From contig JBPPMN010000009.1 in the NCBI GenBank assembly GCA_051306055.1, positions 1-51,819 on the forward strand: a DNA stretch of 51,819 nt. The letters run 5' to 3'. The notes under the pieces are model-generated. The model made no database searches, was not told the DNA's origin, and saw nothing but the letters and a program-made list of their open reading frames with translations. This document shows, piece after piece, positions 48,300 to 51,819 of this stretch (its first letter is position 1; each line of letters starts with the position of its first letter). This DNA comes from Acidimicrobiales bacterium (lineage in GTDB: Bacteria > Actinomycetota > Acidimicrobiia > Acidimicrobiales > VFJN01). Position numbers and translations under genes: made by a program.

Positions 48300-48719
48300 A
48301 TGGAGAGCTGCGAGAAGCACCCCCATGAGGTCGGCGCCGCGATCTGTCGTCGATGCGGGGGCGCCTGGTGCCGCGACTGCCTCGTCTACGCCTTCGGACC
48401 GAAGAAGCCCCCGTACTGCATGAGCTGCGCCATGGTGGCGGGCGGCGTGCGCACCGCCAGCACCCGTCCTCCGATGCCCAAGCGCGAGATGAAGGCCCGG
48501 ATGAAGGCCGCCAAGGCCGAGGCGAAGGCTGGCCGTGGGGCCCCCGTCGAGGCCGAGCCCGCCGTGAGCGAGCCCGACGCGGCCAGCCTCGAGCCTGTCT
48601 CGGTTGCGGCCGATGCGGACACGGTGGCGGAGCCCGCTACCACGGCACCGGGCGCCACAGGCGACACCGACTGGTCGACCCCCTGGTGGGAAGACCGTCA
48701 GCCCACCTTCGCCGACTGA
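48300..48719 (+). CDS. Small Cys-rich (zinc-ribbon/B-box-like) protein with a low-complexity acidic tail (hypothetical)
   Basis: MESCEKHPHEVGAAICRRCGGAWCRDCLVYAFGPKKPPYCMSCAM has a C-x2-H ... C-x2-C ... C-x2-C ... C-x2-C arrangement. A basic KREMKARMKAAKAEAK segment and an Ala/Pro/Glu-rich tail follow. GAGGAGAGGA lies upstream. It is the only plausible part of track ORF 47277..48719. Confidence 0.6.
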   Translation: MESCEKHPHEVGAAICRRCGGAWCRDCLVYAFGPKKPPYCMSCAMVAGGVRTASTRPPMPKREMKARMKAAKAEAKAGRGAPVEAEPAVSEPDAASLEPVSVAADADTVAEPATTAPGATGDTDWSTPWWEDRQPTFAD

Positions 48720-48730
48720 CGATCTGCGCG

Positions 48731-48750
48731 CGGGGCGCACGTCCGCCCCG
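48731..48750. terminator. Short GC hairpin between convergent genes (7-bp stem, 6-nt loop)
   Basis: CGGGGCG CACGTC CGCCCCG, lying between the stop at 48719 (+) and the purE stop at 48768 (-). Confidence 0.3.
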
Positions 48751-48767
48751 ACGGCTCGCTGCACCCC

Positions 48768-49283
48768 TCAGCCGGCGGCGTCGCGGACGGCTTGGCCCTT
48801 GCTCCGGGCGAGCTCGGCCAGCTCCTCGGCGTACGTGACGAGCCGGGCCCGCACCGCAGGGTCGGCCACACCGAGGATCCGAGCCGCGAGGAGGCCGGCG
48901 TTCTTGGCGTTGCCGATGGCAACCGTCGCCACCGGGATCCCGGCTGGCATCTGCACGATCGACAGCAACGAGTCGAGCCCTTCGAGGTGGGCCAGCGGCA
49001 CCGGCACCCCGATGACCGGCAGCGGCGTGACCGACGCCAGCATGCCGGGGAGCGCCGCGGCCCCTCCCGCACCGGCGATGATGACCGAGAGCCCACGATC
49101 GGCAGCACCGGAGCCGTAGTCGAGCATCTCCTGTGGCATCCGGTGCGCTGAGCGCACGTCGGCCTCCCAGCGCACGCCGAGCTCGCTGAGCACGTCGGCG
49201 GCAGCCTGCATCGTCGGCCAGTCGGAGTCGGACCCCATCACGATCCCCACCTGCGTCTGCACGCGCCCATCTTCGCTCATCAA
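48768..49283 (-). CDS. purE: N5-carboxyaminoimidazole ribonucleotide mutase
   Basis: [34 protein letters not shown] and VIGVPV. Confidence 0.95.
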   Translation of the reverse strand: MMSEDGRVQTQVGIVMGSDSDWPTMQAAADVLSELGVRWEADVRSAHRMPQEMLDYGSGAADRGLSVIIAGAGGAAALPGMLASVTPLPVIGVPVPLAHLEGLDSLLSIVQMPAGIPVATVAIGNAKNAGLLAARILGVADPAVRARLVTYAEELAELARSKGQAVRDAAG

Positions 49284-50452
49284 TCGTCCTCCGGTGGTCG
49301 GCTGCCCCGCTGGAACCGAGCCGCGGCACGCCGGGCCCGCTCCAGGCAGTCATCGAGATCGTCGCCGTACGCGTTCACGTGACCGACCTTGCGGCCGGGG
49401 CGCACCTCCTTGCCGTAGAGGTGCACCCGCACCCGGGGGTCCTGCGCCAGCACCGCTGGGTAGGCGTCGTGGAGCGGTGCGACCTCCGGGGGAGGCCCGT
49501 CGAGCAGGTTGACCATCACGGTCCACGGGGCGCGAGCCGCCGTCGAACCGAGCGGGAGGTCGAGGACCGCGCGCAGGTGGTTCTCGAACTGCGAGGTCTC
49601 CGCACCGTCCTGTGTCCAGTGGCCGGTGTTGTGGGGTCGCATCGCCAGCTCGTTCACGAGCACCTGCCCATCCTCGACCTCGAAGAGCTCGACCGCGAGC
49701 ACCCCCGTCACGTCGAGCTCGTGAGCGATCCGGCGGGCCAGGGCCTGAGCCGCCTCGGCTCGCTCGGGAGCCAGGTCTGGAGCGGGTGAGATCACCTCGT
49801 GGCAGATGCCGTCGCGCTGCGTCGTGGCGACGATGGGGTAGGCCACGACCTCACCGCGTGGCGACCGTGCGACCACGGCGGCCAGCTCGCGCCGGAAGTC
49901 CACGAGCTCTTCCGCGAGGAGGGGCACACCGGCGACGACCGCCGCCGCTAGGGGCTCGGCGGCCTCGTCGAGGGAGCGGACCACCCACACCCCTCGGCCG
50001 TCGTAGCCCCCACGGGTGACCTTCAGCACGCAGGGGAGACCGAAGGCGGCGATGTCGTCGCGCTCGGCGACGACGGCCCACCGGGGTTGGCCCACGCCCA
50101 GCCGATCCATGGCCTCGCGCATCGTGCGCTTGTCCTGTGCGTGGACCAGGGCGCCGGGCCCGGGACGGCAGGCGGTGCCCGTGGCCTCCAGTGCCTCGAG
50201 GTGCTCGGTGGGGACGTGCTCGTGGTCGAAGGTCACGACGGCGCACCCCCTCGCCGAGGCCAGGAGTGCGTCGAGATCCCGGTGGTCGCCCACGACGACA
50301 TCGGGGATCACCTGCGCAGCGGACGAGTCCTCCGCCTCGACGAGGGCCCGCAGCGGCACATCGAGGGCGTTGGCCGGCTCCGCCAGCATGCGAGCGAGCT
50401 GCCCTCCACCGATGACGGCCACACGGGGTGCGGCGGGCGGTCCGACGGTCAT
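49280..50452 (-). CDS. purK: N5-carboxyaminoimidazole ribonucleotide synthase (ATP-grasp)
   Basis: [49 protein letters not shown] and GRKVGHVN. I trimmed the 842-aa track ORF to ATG 50452, which forms an ATGA overlap with the purD stop. Confidence 0.9.
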   Translation of the reverse strand: MTVGPPAAPRVAVIGGGQLARMLAEPANALDVPLRALVEAEDSSAAQVIPDVVVGDHRDLDALLASARGCAVVTFDHEHVPTEHLEALEATGTACRPGPGALVHAQDKRTMREAMDRLGVGQPRWAVVAERDDIAAFGLPCVLKVTRGGYDGRGVWVVRSLDEAAEPLAAAVVAGVPLLAEELVDFRRELAAVVARSPRGEVVAYPIVATTQRDGICHEVISPAPDLAPERAEAAQALARRIAHELDVTGVLAVELFEVEDGQVLVNELAMRPHNTGHWTQDGAETSQFENHLRAVLDLPLGSTAARAPWTVMVNLLDGPPPEVAPLHDAYPAVLAQDPRVRVHLYGKEVRPGRKVGHVNAYGDDLDDCLERARRAAARFQRGSRPPEDD

Positions 50453-51666
50453 CCGACCTCGGCGGCGATGTCGGATCGGTGGTGCAGCCCGGGCCACGAG
50501 AGGCAGCCGACGGCGTCGTAGGCCCGGTCGCGGGCCGTGGACACATCGGGGCCGGAGCCCACGACGGCGAGGACCCGGCCCCCGGCGGTCACCAACCGGC
50601 CCTCGGTGTCGCGGGCCACGCCGGCGCTGAAGATGGTGACCCCCTCGACCGCTCCAGCGGCTTCGAGCCCGTCGATCGGATCGCCAGCGCGGACGTCGGT
50701 GGGGTAGCCGGGAGCGGCCGCCACCACGAGCACGGCGGCCTCGTCGCTGAACGTGGGCGGCGGTCCGAGGGCACCCGCGGCGGCCGAGGCCAGCAGCTCC
50801 GCCAGGTCGGAGGTCATGCGGAGCAGCACCACCTGGCTGTCGGGGTCGCCGAAGCGGACGTTGTACTCCACCAGCTTCGGACCCTCCGGGGTCAGCATGA
50901 GGCCGGTGTAGAGCACGCCGCGGTAGTCGATGCCGCGTCGACGCAGCTCGTCGACGGTGGGCTGCACGAACCGGGCGATGATGTCGTCGGCGAAGCCGTC
51001 GGGCAGCCAGGGCAGCGGCGAGTAGGCGCCCATGCCTCCCGTGTTGGGACCCGTCTCGCCGTCGCCCACCCGCTTGAAGTCCTGGGCCGGTGGGAGCGCG
51101 ACGGCGCGGGAGCCGTCGCACACGGCGAACACCGACACCTCCGGCCCGGTCATGCCCTCTTCGATCACCACGCGGGCGCCGGCGGCACCGAAGGCGGCCC
51201 CGGAGAGCTTGTCGCGCACGTCGGCCTCGGCCTCGCCGAGGTCGTGGGTGACCAGCACCCCCTTGCCGGCGGCCAGGCCGTCGGTCTTCACCACGTAGGG
51301 GGGCGGCAGGGAGCGCAGGAAGTCGAGCGCCGGCGCCTCGGTCTCGAAGGCCCCGTAGCGAGCGGTGGGCACCCCGGCGGCGGCGACCAGGTCCTTCATG
51401 AAGGCCTTCGACCCCTCGAGCTGGGCGCCGTCGGCGCCGGGGCCGAACACCAGCTTCCCCTGGGCGCGCAGCCGGTCGGCCAGCCCGTCGACGAGCGGCT
51501 GCTCGGGCCCCACCACGAAGAGGTCGGCCTCCAGCTCCTCTGGAGGCGTGGCCACAGAGTCGGCGATGCCCGGGCTGCCGGGGGTGACGACCACCTCGGC
51601 CGTGCGACCCAGCACCTCCGCCAGAGCCGCCTCCCGCGCCACCGCCCCCACCACGACGACCTTCAC
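50449..51666 (-). CDS. purD: Phosphoribosylamine-glycine ligase
   Basis: MKVVVVGAVAREAALA, VVGPEQPLVDGLAD, GPGADGAQLEGSKAF, YVVKTDGLAAGKGV, GPNTGGMGAY and VEYNVRFGDPD. The start is GTG, overlapping the purA stop. Confidence 0.95.
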   Translation of the reverse strand: MKVVVVGAVAREAALAEVLGRTAEVVVTPGSPGIADSVATPPEELEADLFVVGPEQPLVDGLADRLRAQGKLVFGPGADGAQLEGSKAFMKDLVAAAGVPTARYGAFETEAPALDFLRSLPPPYVVKTDGLAAGKGVLVTHDLGEAEADVRDKLSGAAFGAAGARVVIEEGMTGPEVSVFAVCDGSRAVALPPAQDFKRVGDGETGPNTGGMGAYSPLPWLPDGFADDIIARFVQPTVDELRRRGIDYRGVLYTGLMLTPEGPKLVEYNVRFGDPDSQVVLLRMTSDLAELLASAAAGALGPPPTFSDEAAVLVVAAAPGYPTDVRAGDPIDGLEAAGAVEGVTIFSAGVARDTEGRLVTAGGRVLAVVGSGPDVSTARDRAYDAVGCLSWPGLHHRSDIAAEVG

Positions 51667-51819
51667 GCCCGGGCCACCCCGGAGAGGTCGACGTACTGGT
51701 CGCGGCCCGGGCCGACGCCGAGCAGGCGGATGGGCACGCCCACCTGCTGCTCGAGGAACGCGACGTAGTCGTGGACCGCGCCGGGCAGGTGGCTGGGCTC
51801 GGTTGCATCGGAGAGGTCG
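51663..51819 (-). CDS. purA: Adenylosuccinate synthetase, C-terminal 51 codons (the gene continues beyond the right edge)
   Basis: My reverse-complement translation is DLSDATEPSHLPGAVHDYVAFLEQQVGVPIRLLGVGPGRDQYVDLSGVARA*. It matches the conserved PurA C-terminus pattern (LP..A..Y....E...GVPI.L...GP.R.Q). It is not in the track because it runs off the edge. Confidence 0.8.
   Translation of the reverse strand, partial: DLSDATEPSHLPGAVHDYVAFLEQQVGVPIRLLGVGPGRDQYVDLSGVARA

Noticed and set aside
50453-51808. The upstream 452 codons of the 842-aa minus-strand track ORF 49280..51808.
   Set aside because: This part overlaps purD out of frame and is Arg/Gly/Pro-rich. The purK homology starts at [23 protein letters not shown] (ATG 50452).
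1-51819. Scan for rRNA, tRNA, CRISPR arrays, IS/transposase, integrase, toxin-antitoxin or recognisable phage-defence genes.
   Set aside because: I found no repeat-spacer periodicity, no cloverleaf-like conserved tRNA boxes in the short intergenic regions, and no transposase, integrase or nuclease/ATPase defence-type motifs in any credible ORF. Every long credible ORF was assignable to metabolism or envelope biogenesis. This was an inspection by eye, so small ncRNAs cannot be excluded.

Overview
This is a GC-rich, actinobacterial-type chromosomal segment. The BldC-like regulator, the DUF4012 protein and many leaderless-looking starts support that assignment. Nearly all of the window is coding.

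Left flank (1-8.7 kb): a partial ACT-domain malic enzyme that is missing from the ORF track, a BldC-like regulator, Leu/Val dehydrogenase plus a fused E1 alpha/beta 2-oxoacid dehydrogenase, then on the minus strand purF-purM-orphan receiver-small membrane protein-pyrE.

Centre (about 8.8-39.8 kb): a roughly 31 kb cell-envelope glycopolymer locus sitting between purF/purM and purL. It contains:
- an LPXTG surface protein and a DUF4012 protein
- two CDP-alcohol phosphotransferases
- a glycerol-1-phosphate-dehydrogenase-like enzyme and an NTP-transferase
- a WecG/TagA-like glycosyltransferase, four GT4 and three GT2 glycosyltransferases, and one uncharacterised DxD protein
- a Wzy_C/O-antigen-ligase-like protein and a fused Wzz/BY-kinase
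- a Wzm/Wzt ABC exporter whose ATPase carries a Wzt_C-like tail
- a CDP-hexose pathway (rfbF, 4,6-dehydratase, SDR, RmlC-like cupin)
- seven methyltransferases, a hexapeptide acetyltransferase, a coiled-coil repeat protein and a priming phosphoglycosyl transferase

Right flank: purL, a small basic protein, an acyltransferase-3/SGNH protein, purQ-purS-purC-purB, a Cys-rich small protein, purE-purK-purD and the 3' end of purA.

I saw no rRNA, tRNA, CRISPR array, transposase or integrase.

The most novel candidate is a teichoic-acid-like polyol-phosphate route. It appears to be built from a G1P dehydrogenase, a cytidylyltransferase and CDP-alcohol-phosphotransferase-family enzymes rather than TagD/TagB/TagF, and it sits inside a heavily methylating, ABC-exported glycan locus.

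All family calls come from reading motifs by eye in the translations. No alignments or database searches were run.
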